From the NCBI GenBank assembly GCA_044229845.1, contig JBGASG010000002.1:192001-256000 (forward strand): DNA of 64,000 nt. The letters run 5' to 3'. A program made the translations under genes and the position numbers. This DNA is from Candidatus Obscuribacteraceae bacterium (GTDB lineage Bacteria; Cyanobacteriota; Vampirovibrionia; Obscuribacterales; Obscuribacteraceae). The notes below the pieces were generated by a model. That model saw nothing but the letters and a program-made list of their open reading frames with translations. It was not told where the DNA came from and did no database searches. Below are positions 39,311 through 50,093 of the stretch, one piece after another (positions within the stretch are counted from its first letter, which is position 1; each line of letters begins with the position of its first letter).

Positions 39311-40429
39311 TTAGCTGAGTTGTCGGCGAATACGAATCACGCAAGCGATGCCGAGCAGCAAGCAAAATCCTACCAGGCACATTATTTCGTGCGACAACTC
39401 CTGGGGCCCCAGCCCCTTCAGAATCACGTCACGCGAGATTACCTGGTAGTAACGCAGCGGATCGATGCACGATAGCATCTGCAGCACCGGCGGCATCGAC
39501 TCGAGAGGCACCACGCTCCCCGAGAGCAGTATCGCCGGAATGTTTATGAAAAACGAGAGCAACTGTGACTGCCGCTGACTGTTGCAGACGGTGGCCATTA
39601 ACGACCCCATAGCGATACTGGTCAGTATATACACGCCTGAACAAGCGAGGTACAGCGGCACGCTGCCGCGCAGCGGCAGGGCGAAGAGAAATGTGGTGAT
39701 CACAATCGCCACACACAGATCGGCAAACAACAGGAGAAACAGCGGCACCGTCTTCGCCACCAGAATCTCTGCACTGCTTACCGGCAAAACGAGCAGTTGC
39801 TCGAGCGTTCCCGACTCGCGCTCACGCAGCATGGCGGCAGAAGAGACCAGCGTACCCGACAACGTAAGCGCCGCACCGAGCACACCAGGCACGAAGTACC
39901 AGGCGCTGATCAAACCAGGATTGAAAGCAATGCGCACGATGCTCTGCACGAGGCCGATCTGTTGCCCGGCAATGGCGTGCGCGGCGATCAACTGAAAGTA
40001 GCCACGGGCAACATTGGCGGTGAATGCATCGACACCATTCAGTATCACCTGGAACTCACCTTTGTGGGATCGCTCCAGAGTCTCGCTGAAGTCGGCTGGA
40101 ATAACGATGCCGGCATCGGCACGCTGATTGATGATCTCTTTAGCGAGCAGACGCGGGTCGGGCGGCAGAAACTGCGGTATGAAGAGTTGGCGATTGCTGG
40201 CGATCACCTGCGCAAGCGAGCGGCTCTCCACGGTGTTAGCCAGGTCGACAATCGCGACACGCATATTGCGCACCTGAGGGTCGAGGCAGTAGGCGAGTAT
40301 CACCACCTGCACTATCGGCGGAAAAATCAGCAGGAACAGCAGGTGCTTGTTTCGCAAAGTGAGGCGAAACTCTTTTAGTATGAGCCCATAGATGGGCCAA
40401 TCTGCAATCGACTTTTTCACAGCCTGCAC
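39311..40429 (-). CDS. ABC-2 transporter permease (YbhR-like)
   Basis: RERESGTLEQL, FNPGL, PLRYY. Confidence 0.9.
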   Translation of the reverse strand: MQAVKKSIADWPIYGLILKEFRLTLRNKHLLFLLIFPPIVQVVILAYCLDPQVRNMRVAIVDLANTVESRSLAQVIASNRQLFIPQFLPPDPRLLAKEIINQRADAGIVIPADFSETLERSHKGEFQVILNGVDAFTANVARGYFQLIAAHAIAGQQIGLVQSIVRIAFNPGLISAWYFVPGVLGAALTLSGTLVSSAAMLRERESGTLEQLLVLPVSSAEILVAKTVPLFLLLFADLCVAIVITTFLFALPLRGSVPLYLACSGVYILTSIAMGSLMATVCNSQRQSQLLSFFINIPAILLSGSVVPLESMPPVLQMLSCIDPLRYYQVISRDVILKGLGPQELSHEIMCLVGFCLLLGIACVIRIRRQLS

Positions 40430-41512
40430 CTAGTCCTTGAGTCGCATATCGCGCAGTTGCCACCAGCACAGGAAAAGCAGCAAACAGGCAAATCCACAGA
40501 GGGGCGCCACATCGCGTGTGACGACTTGCCACCCGGTGCCGCGCATGAAAGTGTCACGCGTGACGTCGATGTAATACCGAGCGGGCACCAGATAGGAGAG
40601 CAATGACAGAGGAAACGGAATATTGCTCAATGGATATACAAATCCACTCAGCAGCAGGCTGGGGAAGAAACCACCGGAGGATGTGGCTTGCACCGCGGCG
40701 GTCTGGCTGCGTGTCAGCAAGCCCAGCCACAAACCGAAAAGAATCGCCACCACCAGATACAGCACCGTGCACAGCGCAAACAAGAGGGGCGAGTCGACCA
40801 GCTTTAGATTGAACAACAGGCAGCCGACTACTGTAATCAGCGCCGATTGCACGACGCCAATGATCAGGTAAACGCCGAGCTTGCCCAGCAGAAACGAGAG
40901 CGGCTTGAGATTTGCGCAAAAAGGTTGAACGATGGAGCCGTGTTCAAGATCACGCGACATGGATACTGCCGCCAGCAAGGAAGGAAACATCCAGAGAATG
41001 ACGCCAAAGGCACCGCTCACGATAAAGAGCGATTCCTGCAGTCCCGGATTGAACCAGACTGTGATGCGCGGAAGAATGTATTGAAGTCGCGGATCGGGTG
41101 GCTTCACCGCCGCCGAGAAAACCGGTCCGAAGGCTTGCGCTATTGTCGACGCGGTATGAGCCTCCGTCAGCGCCGTGCCGTCGATGGTGAAAAGCACACT
41201 GGCCGGCTTATTGAGATTTATGCTGCCTTCAAACCCATATGGAATGTCGATGCGCGTGCGCACCACTTTGATGTCGTCGCTCTCGGCCGGCACAAAAGTC
41301 TCGCTGGCGAAGATGCGTCGCGCAAAACTGCGACTGGCAATCGTGTTGTCGCGATCGACGATTTCGGTAGGGATGTGCTTGGTCTCCAGGCGAATGCCGA
41401 AGCTGAAAAGAAACAGCGAAGCAAGCGGCAGCAAAAACGCCAGCGCCAGACTCAATAGATCTCGCCTGAACTCCAACCAATCTTTATATAGCTGTGCCAG
41501 AAACCCGCGCAT
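40430..41512 (-). CDS. ABC-2 transporter permease (YbhS-like)
   Basis: WFNPGL, LLSGFVYP, PARYY; start overlaps the ATPase stop. Confidence 0.9.
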   Translation of the reverse strand: MRGFLAQLYKDWLEFRRDLLSLALAFLLPLASLFLFSFGIRLETKHIPTEIVDRDNTIASRSFARRIFASETFVPAESDDIKVVRTRIDIPYGFEGSINLNKPASVLFTIDGTALTEAHTASTIAQAFGPVFSAAVKPPDPRLQYILPRITVWFNPGLQESLFIVSGAFGVILWMFPSLLAAVSMSRDLEHGSIVQPFCANLKPLSFLLGKLGVYLIIGVVQSALITVVGCLLFNLKLVDSPLLFALCTVLYLVVAILFGLWLGLLTRSQTAAVQATSSGGFFPSLLLSGFVYPLSNIPFPLSLLSYLVPARYYIDVTRDTFMRGTGWQVVTRDVAPLCGFACLLLFLCWWQLRDMRLKD

Positions 41513-43284
41513 CAGCCGGCACCTCCGCCGCCACCGCTGCCGCTTTCGGCAATGGCGGCAATGAACGCTTCCTCCAGGCTGCACAATTCGATGTCGGTAT
41601 GTTCGACAACGATTTGCGACGATTGCAGTATCTGCTGCACCCGAGTCAGATCAGCGCGCGGGTCGTCCGAAAGGATGCGCACCACGTCGGGGTGCAGCCC
41701 GAGGCGCCAGGAAGGATAGTGCTGCGTCAGGATTTGACTGGCCTCTTGCGGCGAGGGCGTATCAATTCGCACAGCACGCTGAATGCAACTTTCCCTCACT
41801 TCAGCCGGGGGACCCTGGCGGACAAATTTACCCGCCACCATCAACGCCAGACGATCGCAAAACTCCGCCTCGTCCAAATAATGTGTGGTCACAAGCACCG
41901 CGGTGCCTCTGGCGGCGGCACCATTGATCAACGACCACAAAAGGTGGCGTGTGTGCGAATCGGTGCCGGCAGTCGGCTCATCGAGAAACAATATGTCCGG
42001 CTCATGCAAGGTGGCGGCGGCGAAGGCAACACGTTGTTTCCAGCCACGCGGCAGATTGCCCACCATCTCACGGCGAATCTCGCCCAGATCAAGGCGATCT
42101 ATTCCATCGTTTACTCTGGTCTTGCGCTCAGAAGCCGGAATTCCATAACTGCATGCGTAGAAATCGATGTTTTCTTCAACGGTCAATCCGTCATACAGCG
42201 AAAAGCGCTGGTTCATGTAGCCCATTCGTCCATGCACCAACTTCGCCGATGCTCCGCGCGGGTCTTTTCCCAGCAGCCGCACCGACCCTTCCGTAGGTCG
42301 CTGCAACCCGCACAACATCTGGATTGCGGTGCTCTTGCCGGCGCCATTGGCTCCCAGAAGTCCGAATATTTCACCGCGCGCCACGGCGAAGGAGATGCCA
42401 TTAACAGCCGTGAACGCACCAAAGCGTTTCAACACATCCTTCGCCTCGATACTGATCTGCGGCTGTTGCAGATCAGGCAGAGCAAAACTGCCTGTCTTCT
42501 TAGTCGACAGGTCCAGTTTCTTCACCGTAGTTGAGATCTTTGTGCGCGCGTCTTTTTTATGCAGCAGCTCTTGCTCGCGGTCATGCCACGCTTCCAGCGA
42601 AGCACTCGAATCAAGCTTGCCGTGCTCCATATGGACGATGCGATCGCTGATTTCGACTTCTTCCAGGTCTGATGTAGCCAGCAACACCGACGTGCCTTGC
42701 CGCGACAATGCCACCAACATGTGTTGAATTTCGCGTCGCCCCAGCGGATCGACGCCGGTGGTCGGTTCATCCAGAATCAGGACCGCCGGATTCGAGATCA
42801 GCGCACAGGCAATCGCCAGTTTCTCCTTCATGCCGCCGGACAATTTGCCGGCCAGCCGGTTAGGAAACTTTTCGAGTCCGACCATGCGCAACAGTCGTTC
42901 CATTTCGTACGGAAACCGATCTCGCGGCACTGAATGCAGGTCGGCGGCATACTGCATATTCTCCCGCACGCTCAGGTCTTGCGAGAAGGTAAAGTGCTGC
43001 GCAACATAGCCACAGCGCCGGCGACCAGTGTGAATGCTCTCACCATATATGGTGACAGCGCCGGATGTCGGCTTGATCAGTCCAGAGAGCATTTGCAGGA
43101 GCGAAGTTTTGCCCGCACCATCCGGTCCGAAAAGCGCCAGTATCTCTCCTTGCTTGATCGATAGATCGACGTTGTCGACGGCTAATACTGAACCATACCG
43201 TTTACTGACTCCGCGGGCGTTCAGGGAAACGCCGCCGCCGGATGGTGGAGGAACATCAGCGCGTGGCGAGACTTGTTGTTGCAT
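41512..43284 (-). CDS. Tandem-domain ABC ATP-binding protein (YbhF-like)
   Basis: GPDGAGKT, LSGG, LDEPT; GANGAGKS, LDEPT. Confidence 0.92.
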   Translation of the reverse strand: MQQQVSPRADVPPPSGGGVSLNARGVSKRYGSVLAVDNVDLSIKQGEILALFGPDGAGKTSLLQMLSGLIKPTSGAVTIYGESIHTGRRRCGYVAQHFTFSQDLSVRENMQYAADLHSVPRDRFPYEMERLLRMVGLEKFPNRLAGKLSGGMKEKLAIACALISNPAVLILDEPTTGVDPLGRREIQHMLVALSRQGTSVLLATSDLEEVEISDRIVHMEHGKLDSSASLEAWHDREQELLHKKDARTKISTTVKKLDLSTKKTGSFALPDLQQPQISIEAKDVLKRFGAFTAVNGISFAVARGEIFGLLGANGAGKSTAIQMLCGLQRPTEGSVRLLGKDPRGASAKLVHGRMGYMNQRFSLYDGLTVEENIDFYACSYGIPASERKTRVNDGIDRLDLGEIRREMVGNLPRGWKQRVAFAAATLHEPDILFLDEPTAGTDSHTRHLLWSLINGAAARGTAVLVTTHYLDEAEFCDRLALMVAGKFVRQGPPAEVRESCIQRAVRIDTPSPQEASQILTQHYPSWRLGLHPDVVRILSDDPRADLTRVQQILQSSQIVVEHTDIELCSLEEAFIAAIAESGSGGGGGAG

Positions 43285-43301
43285 GCGCCGTCTCGCTGTG
43301 G

Positions 43302-44864
43302 TTAGTTAACTTCGAGATAGGCGTCGGCAGGCATGCCCGGTTTTGCATAATCACCGGCGTTGCTCTTCAGCAAAAGACGTACGCCAAATACCTGGCGCAC
43401 GCGATCTTCCGGCAAAGAAACGTTTTCCGGCGTGAACTGCGCTTGCTGATCTATCGAAGTCACAGTCGCGTCGAATGTCGGGGCTTGTTTGTAATCTATT
43501 TTCACCCAGGCTTTCTGTCCGACTTTGACACCGCCTAACATGTTTTCCGGAACGTACGCCCGCAGATACACTTTATTGGGATTCAGGATCGTGATCAGCG
43601 TTTGCCCTGGAATCGGCATTTCGCCGACTTGAATACTTCTGGTGGCACAGATGCCTGAGATCGGACTGACGACTTTGAGACTCTTAGCCTTGGCTTGAAT
43701 TTCCAGCTGTGCACCGCGCGCGGTAGCAATCGATGACTCCACCGCCAGCAAGCGAGTGCGCGCTGATTCCAATTGCAGTTCGAGCACGCCCGATTGCGAG
43801 GCAGCCAACGCCGAAGCAATGCCGCCGCCGGACTGCGCGGCGCCAGCCATACTGCTGGACATACCGGCCATGCTGGATTGAAACGACGATAGTTGCGCCT
43901 GAATCTGTTTCTGCTGATCGGATGCGGCCTGTTGCATGGCGTTCATAGATGCCGCCACTTGTTCGACCGCCGACTTGCGAGCTTTGTAAACCAGCTCAAG
44001 CGCCTGCCGCTTGGCGGCAAATGATTCCTGCATGGCTTGCTGCTGGCTGGCAAGCACCCGTTTCATGCCCTCTTGCTGCTGCGCGTAACCCTGGTCGAGC
44101 GCATCTTCTTTGGCTTTCACGACTTCTTTAATGGCTTGCGCTTTGGCATTCTTCAATTTAGCCGGCACCAGAAAACTGAACAGCCCGTGTTTGTTGGCGG
44201 CTTCCAGCTTTGCTTGTTCCACTTCTTGCAATGCCGTTTTCTGAGCTCCATACGCTTTTGCCGCCGCGTCACTGGTCGCTTTTGCCGACGCAGCCAGCAT
44301 CTGCTGTTGTTCCGCTGCCGCTTTGTTGAGCTCGTTCGTTTGTTCTTGCAACTCCATATCGAGAGCCTGCGTTTGCGAACCGAATAAAGTGGCGCTCAGC
44401 AGAGACGAAGTTGTCGGTTTGCCGGCGGCGGCAGCGTTGCCGGCCTCGGGCACCACCTTTGGTGATCGCGTTTTGGCGGCACCTTTATGCAATTGACCGG
44501 ACACCTGCAATTGATTGCTGTTCGCTCCCCCACCCGGAGACACCTTGCTTTGCAGCAGGGCGATTGACTTACGCAGACGGTCTCGCTCGGTAGTCAGCGC
44601 AGAGAGCGCCATTTGCGCCGCCTGGGATTTGGCTTTGAATTCGCTGTCATCCAGCGTCAGCAAAACTTGCCCCGCGCTGACATGGTCACCTTCGGCAACG
44701 TTGACGGACGTGACGCGCAACGGAAAAGGTACGCCGATACGCACTTGCTCGGCTTCGATTTGGCCGCTGATCGTAATCTTGCCTTCCGCCGAAATGGGCA
44801 CGCCAATAGACAGCCAAACTGCCGCGAACGCGCACATCAAATCTCGGTGCCGGATTTTCGCCAT
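43302..44864 (-). CDS. HlyD-family membrane fusion protein (YbhG-like) with long coiled-coil insert
   Basis: VAEGDHVSAGQ, SPISG, AQFTPENV, KPGMPAD. Confidence 0.88.
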   Translation of the reverse strand: MAKIRHRDLMCAFAAVWLSIGVPISAEGKITISGQIEAEQVRIGVPFPLRVTSVNVAEGDHVSAGQVLLTLDDSEFKAKSQAAQMALSALTTERDRLRKSIALLQSKVSPGGGANSNQLQVSGQLHKGAAKTRSPKVVPEAGNAAAAGKPTTSSLLSATLFGSQTQALDMELQEQTNELNKAAAEQQQMLAASAKATSDAAAKAYGAQKTALQEVEQAKLEAANKHGLFSFLVPAKLKNAKAQAIKEVVKAKEDALDQGYAQQQEGMKRVLASQQQAMQESFAAKRQALELVYKARKSAVEQVAASMNAMQQAASDQQKQIQAQLSSFQSSMAGMSSSMAGAAQSGGGIASALAASQSGVLELQLESARTRLLAVESSIATARGAQLEIQAKAKSLKVVSPISGICATRSIQVGEMPIPGQTLITILNPNKVYLRAYVPENMLGGVKVGQKAWVKIDYKQAPTFDATVTSIDQQAQFTPENVSLPEDRVRQVFGVRLLLKSNAGDYAKPGMPADAYLEVN

Positions 44865-44913
44865 AGAACAGTACAGTCTACACCGCTTGGCTTCCCCGAT
44901 CGGCAGACGTCAA

Positions 44914-45756
44914 TCAGGCGGGCTGCAACTGTTGCGTTATGGCGTCGAGAACTTCAGCCTCGTTCTGGATGTGAGGCGCGTGACCGCAGTGGGGGATGAC
45001 GAGCAACCGGGCGTGCGGAATTTTCGCGGCCAGTAAACGCATGTCTTGAATCGCAATCAGCCGGTCTTCGTCACCGGCGATTACCGTCACCGGCATCGTG
45101 AGCGCTGACAATAAAGGCGCGCCGTCAAACTGGCGAAAAGCCACGTCGTGCCCAGACAACGTGGTGGCGCCGATCAAGAAGTTCTTCGACTGTTGATATA
45201 TGCCGCGAATGGTTTCCATCACTGACGGCATCACATCCTCGGGAAACATCAATTGAAACGTCGACAGATACATCTCCCAGAGAGTTGCCCCCGGCGGATT
45301 CACCAGTGTCTCCCGCACCTCGGGAGCAGGGCGGGTCCGGTCCTTGCCACCAGCTGTGGTGGAAAGCAGCACCAGCGATTGTATCTGAGCAGCATGATCG
45401 TGGGCATATTGCATGGCGATGCACCCACCCATGCTGTACCCGAGCAGGTGGAAGTGCTGCCACTGCAGATGGTCGGTGATCTCGGCAATGCTCTGCGCCA
45501 TCGCTGAAATGCTGTAGTCGTTAGGTGTCGCCAGAGCGGCGGTCAGTCCCGTGCCGACATTGTCGTAACTGAGAACCACAAACGATTGCGCCAGCTGCTC
45601 GATAAATATAATCGGCCAGGTGCGCAAGCTGCCGGCATATCCCATCACCATAAGCAGGCGCGGCGCGTCACCATCCGTCTGGCTGATGCGATAAAACACG
45701 CCGCCTGGAGTCGCGGCCTCAGTGTGAACTACAGGTTTGAGCAGGTTGCCGCCCAT
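44914..45756 (-). CDS. Alpha/beta hydrolase
   Basis: GYSMGG, GDED, GHAP. Confidence 0.9.
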   Translation of the reverse strand: MGGNLLKPVVHTEAATPGGVFYRISQTDGDAPRLLMVMGYAGSLRTWPIIFIEQLAQSFVVLSYDNVGTGLTAALATPNDYSISAMAQSIAEITDHLQWQHFHLLGYSMGGCIAMQYAHDHAAQIQSLVLLSTTAGGKDRTRPAPEVRETLVNPPGATLWEMYLSTFQLMFPEDVMPSVMETIRGIYQQSKNFLIGATTLSGHDVAFRQFDGAPLLSALTMPVTVIAGDEDRLIAIQDMRLLAAKIPHARLLVIPHCGHAPHIQNEAEVLDAITQQLQPA

Positions 45757-45896
45757 GTCGGTTTCTCTTAACTGCGCGGCTCAGTATAAACTGCACCACC
45801 CCGACAAATTAATCAGCACGACAGAGATAGTTGGACCTGGGCTTGTAAGTTGGCTACAATAGGCGAAGTTACTCCGATTGGCGGGAGTTAGCAACG

Positions 45897-47462
45897 ATGT
45901 CCGAAAGCGACTTTGAGAGCCACTTCGACCGTGGCTGCAACGCATATATCACCTATAGATACGAACTGGCTGCCACCGAGTTCGGAAAGTGCGTCGAACT
46001 CAATCCGGATGACCCGCAAGCTCGGTTCAGACTGGCGCTGTCCCTGACCCGATTTAATCAATTGGGTCCGGCGTGGCAGCATTTTCAGGCTTCGCTGCCA
46101 CGCATCGTCCTGGAAGCCCTTCCCGACAAAGCCAAGCAGCAACTATTCGGACTGAAAGTAATCAGCGAGCTTTGCAAATCAGCCGAACAGGCCGGTGTGC
46201 CGGCCGACGACATCACCTACTGCCGGGGACTGGTGCACCTTGCCAACCACATTGCCATTCCCTTTGACAAAGACGAGTCGGCGCGGGCAATGACCGAATT
46301 GCTCAAGTTGCAGAGCAGCCCTAAGGCGTTTTTATTTCGCGGTCTGGCGATGGCAGCCAACAACGACGTTATCAATGCTATCGATCAGTTCAGCAAGGCT
46401 ATCGAATTAGATCCCAATTTCGGACTGGCTTATCAACATCGCGCCATTCATCAAGCTGCCGCCAAACATCACCGCGAAGCGATTGAAGATGCCACGAAAG
46501 CGATGCAACTGGGATTCGGCACCGAAGCCCTGACACTGCTGCGAGTCGAACAATACCTGACCATCGGCAAATTCGATGAGTGCGTCGCTGATGCCACCAT
46601 GGCAATCCCCTCACTCAAAGACCGGCGGCGCGCTTACTTCATTCGCGGCGCAGCTCATTTCCATCTGGAGAAACTGGACGAAGCAGCCGCCGACTTCAAT
46701 GAAGCGATCAAACTGACGACATCGGACCGTTCCGGCACCACCAGTGCCGACACCATCTGGGCACGCAGTGAAGCGGTCAGTACATTCGAAACGAGATTGG
46801 CAAACGAACCGAGCGATCATCAGGCGCTGTGCAATCGCGGCATGGCCTATTACTTCAAGGGCTGCCCCGGACGCGTGGAAGAAGATTGGAACAAGGCAGA
46901 GCGCGACCTTTCCGCAGCGATCAATCTGGACCCGACAAACCCTCGTTATTACTTGAGTCGCGCCATTTTGAAATCACTCTTCAAGCATGCGGAATCGCGT
47001 GAAGATTGCAACAAGGCGATCGGATTGCAGCCCGACCTGGTGGAAGCATATCTCGTTCGCGCCAATCTATCAGGCGATGCCGAACTAAAGAAAGAGGAAT
47101 TCGCTGAGGCGCTGATGGTGGCACCGAACAACAGCGACCTCTTGCGCGCTCACAGCTTTTATCATTCGACAAGAGGCACCGCGCAATCCAAGCTGGAAGC
47201 CGTGGACATGCAAATCACTCGCTCCGAAGTCGCCGTACCGGTGCACCTCTGGAATGAGCGCGGTCAACTCAAGCTCAAAGCTAACGATGCCATCGGCGCC
47301 ATGGAAGACTTCGTGCGCGCATTGAAGATCAATCCGGAACTCGCCGATGCTCTGCGCGGACGCAGACAAGCCTACTTGATGCAAGGCGATTGGGATACAG
47401 CCAAGCTGGACGAAGCAGAACTGGTCAGACTGGACGCACCGCTGGCGACATCGTCGCTTTAG
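45897..47462 (+). CDS. TPR protein
   Basis: Multiple TPR motifs (AYFIRG, ALCNRG, LWNERG). Confidence 0.85.
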   Translation: MSESDFESHFDRGCNAYITYRYELAATEFGKCVELNPDDPQARFRLALSLTRFNQLGPAWQHFQASLPRIVLEALPDKAKQQLFGLKVISELCKSAEQAGVPADDITYCRGLVHLANHIAIPFDKDESARAMTELLKLQSSPKAFLFRGLAMAANNDVINAIDQFSKAIELDPNFGLAYQHRAIHQAAAKHHREAIEDATKAMQLGFGTEALTLLRVEQYLTIGKFDECVADATMAIPSLKDRRRAYFIRGAAHFHLEKLDEAAADFNEAIKLTTSDRSGTTSADTIWARSEAVSTFETRLANEPSDHQALCNRGMAYYFKGCPGRVEEDWNKAERDLSAAINLDPTNPRYYLSRAILKSLFKHAESREDCNKAIGLQPDLVEAYLVRANLSGDAELKKEEFAEALMVAPNNSDLLRAHSFYHSTRGTAQSKLEAVDMQITRSEVAVPVHLWNERGQLKLKANDAIGAMEDFVRALKINPELADALRGRRQAYLMQGDWDTAKLDEAELVRLDAPLATSSL

Positions 47463-47464
47463 AT

Positions 47465-49237
47465 TTAGACATTGTCGTCCAACCAGGATAAAGGCTTGCG
47501 ATCCAACGGCGGTGAGCCGCCCGTGGCCTTAGGCGGAGTCGGATTGCGAGAGCTCTCTCTTCTCACATCGAGGTGATTCAAGATCGCACCTTCAATATAG
47601 GAGTGCGCCTGGCAAATCTCTCGCATCTCAGCGCGATTGAGAATGTCCTTGACCCAAATCTCGTGCAACACCGGCACGGCAACCGGAAAGTAATTGGCTC
47701 CGAAGGAAACTTGCGGCTCGGGGAGTTGCCCCCGATAATATGCGAATTGCGCTTTCCATGAGTCATTGATGTGCTGGTTGATAATTCTAGGTTGCGTCGC
47801 CCACGAAAAAGTCACGCCATGACGGCGCCATCCCAGAAACACCCAGACTTTCGTCAAGCCGGTCCTGATGTCTCTGTAGACAGGCAGCATCATGATAGCG
47901 TTCTGCGACAGATCGGTATCAGTGGTCATGTTGCGAGCAAATTCGACGAACTGCTGCACGCACGTTTGCTCGTTCAAATTATGATCGTCGAAGCGAGGCA
48001 AGTCGAGATCCTCACATGCAACAAGATATGCCCCGAAGAAGATCTGTTCGATCTGCGAAAGCTCTGCCAGCAGCGGCATCTGCTTGGCACCGCCGGCGGT
48101 GAGTCGATAAGCGTCCTTAAGCCCGCCTTCGCCAAAAAGATCCAAGAGAACGGACCTGATGAAGAGATAAGACTCCGCGCGCCGCAAGTACATACTCGGG
48201 AGCGGCTCGACCCTCAGTTGCGGCTTGATGTAGATTGATATCGGGAAGGGAGCGCACCCATAGGCTCCGGGAGGAAACTGCTTCGCGTGCGTCTCACGGG
48301 TCAGAGCATTGAACGCCTTGAAAATCTCTACGGCGAATTTGCGATAGCCGTCGGAGGTCTTGACCATCTTCCACTCCGGACAACGCTCAGGCACCAGAAG
48401 CGGTTCCAGAGCGTACTGGCAATACTCGTACCAACCAGAATTGGCTTGCGGTCTCAGGTCGATCTTCCGCGCCTTGATAGCAGCGATGAAGTCATCCATA
48501 AGGCTGAAGCCCGGACGACCTAGATCGCTCTTGTCCAATAAGTCATCTTCTTTGCTCCCCGATGCCGGGAAAAAAGATTCCGGCATCGAGGGATCATAAT
48601 GCTTCGAGTGCAGCAGTCGCTCGGCAAGACTTTGTCCGCTCAGACGATTCGTCATTTTGGACATCAGCTGCAGATACTGATAGTACGCGGACTGCAGTGC
48701 GCTGTGCGAACCAATCGCTGTCACCAGCGCATCGGCATCAGCTCTCTCCAACTGCCGCTGCAAGAAACGATCCTGCGTGAAAATCGCCTGCAAACTTTCC
48801 GACCATGTGTAGAACGAAATTGGCTTAGCCAGCGGAGACGACGCGAATTGCTCGGCCGCGTGTCTTGCATCTTCGCTGAGCGTGGCGGCATCCAGCCAAC
48901 GCCCCAGCGCGCCCGCCGCTCCAATTACGTCACAAGCACCGGACGGACCACCGCGCAGCACTTGCAGCAATTGCCCGAGCAACTTCACCTTGCCAGTGAA
49001 CTTGCCTGCACCATTCTGCGCCAGAAGCTCGACCGCGGCATACAATCCGTCATCGAACTGTTTTGCCTTCATGCCCAGCACGGACATCGGCACGACTGCG
49101 GCGCCGTGGAGTACGCTGCTCAAATTGTGCTGCAGCGGGCCGCCGACGATCTCCTCACTGCTACCGAGAGCAAAATTTTGGCCCGTCGTATCAATGACAA
49201 AGCGATGCCCGCCTTCCACTAGGACTTCTTTTTGCAT
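47465..49237 (-). CDS. Hypothetical protein, DUF3160-like
   Basis: 590 aa; LTRETHAKQ and VEPLPSMY resemble DUF3160 motifs. Confidence 0.6.
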   Translation of the reverse strand: MQKEVLVEGGHRFVIDTTGQNFALGSSEEIVGGPLQHNLSSVLHGAAVVPMSVLGMKAKQFDDGLYAAVELLAQNGAGKFTGKVKLLGQLLQVLRGGPSGACDVIGAAGALGRWLDAATLSEDARHAAEQFASSPLAKPISFYTWSESLQAIFTQDRFLQRQLERADADALVTAIGSHSALQSAYYQYLQLMSKMTNRLSGQSLAERLLHSKHYDPSMPESFFPASGSKEDDLLDKSDLGRPGFSLMDDFIAAIKARKIDLRPQANSGWYEYCQYALEPLLVPERCPEWKMVKTSDGYRKFAVEIFKAFNALTRETHAKQFPPGAYGCAPFPISIYIKPQLRVEPLPSMYLRRAESYLFIRSVLLDLFGEGGLKDAYRLTAGGAKQMPLLAELSQIEQIFFGAYLVACEDLDLPRFDDHNLNEQTCVQQFVEFARNMTTDTDLSQNAIMMLPVYRDIRTGLTKVWVFLGWRRHGVTFSWATQPRIINQHINDSWKAQFAYYRGQLPEPQVSFGANYFPVAVPVLHEIWVKDILNRAEMREICQAHSYIEGAILNHLDVRRESSRNPTPPKATGGSPPLDRKPLSWLDDNV

Positions 49238-49425
49238 AATCCCACCAACCTGGTTTGTGCCGAGCCTACTGCGGTGACTTCTAGACAAGTCATTCCCGCG
49301 GGCCCGTGAAACTATATATAAGTAGATGGGAACGAAGAGACGTGAGCCGAGCTTTTGCCGAGATACCAATGCGGTGCTGGGGTCGCAGCACCTAACGCCA
49401 TTAACCAGGTTAATACGCCGGACTT

Positions 49426-50040
49426 TTAGTTGTCAACGGGCGGCGTTACAATGAACTCGATGTCGGTGTATGTACCGGGTTGTTGAGGTTCAGGCTCGTA
49501 ATGTGCTCGATCGTCATCCTGGCTTTCCCTGAACTTCTCGCTGTCGAACGGTTTGTATTTGACTTCGATAGCCACGACGCGATCTGTGTTTGAGGCAAAA
49601 ACATAACTCACTTCCAGAGGATCGAAGTTGTATCGATCCTCCCACGTTTCGTTGTGATAGCACTGAGGACAGTGCATTCTCGGGCTGTCGGACGAGTGCT
49701 CCGGCGACAATCCCAACTTAGAAGCAACATTGCTTCGACTGTCGGAAGGCAGAATTCCGTTGGGCAGCGGATGCGCAAACGGAGAGAGTCCCTGCTCGTC
49801 TTCCTCCGTCCATTTCGGGTCAACATGAATCTCAAGACCAGTCAGCCAATCATGAAGCTTGTCATAGCGAAACCTCACACCAAGCCGCCTGAAAAGAAGA
49901 ACATGACTGTTCCGCGACGATTCTCGATATTCGATGTCGTTGAACATTTGCTGAGTCAGCAATTCCTGAAAGGATGGGTCTGATTGCGACCGACCGACCA
50001 TCGCGATCAGTTGCTCGGCTAGATTGTTTTCTGCATTCAT
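49426..50040 (-). CDS. Hypothetical protein
   Basis: 204-aa ORF, LPNGILPSDSRSNV..KLG. Confidence 0.6.
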   Translation of the reverse strand: MNAENNLAEQLIAMVGRSQSDPSFQELLTQQMFNDIEYRESSRNSHVLLFRRLGVRFRYDKLHDWLTGLEIHVDPKWTEEDEQGLSPFAHPLPNGILPSDSRSNVASKLGLSPEHSSDSPRMHCPQCYHNETWEDRYNFDPLEVSYVFASNTDRVVAIEVKYKPFDSEKFRESQDDDRAHYEPEPQQPGTYTDIEFIVTPPVDN

Positions 50041-50093
50041 AATTCGCGAAGCGCTGAGCGCCTTTGCCACTCTCTCAGTATATTATCTTAGGC

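Noticed and set aside
41494..42534. 346-aa plus-strand ORF
   Set aside because: Antisense to the ABC ATPase, no independent motifs
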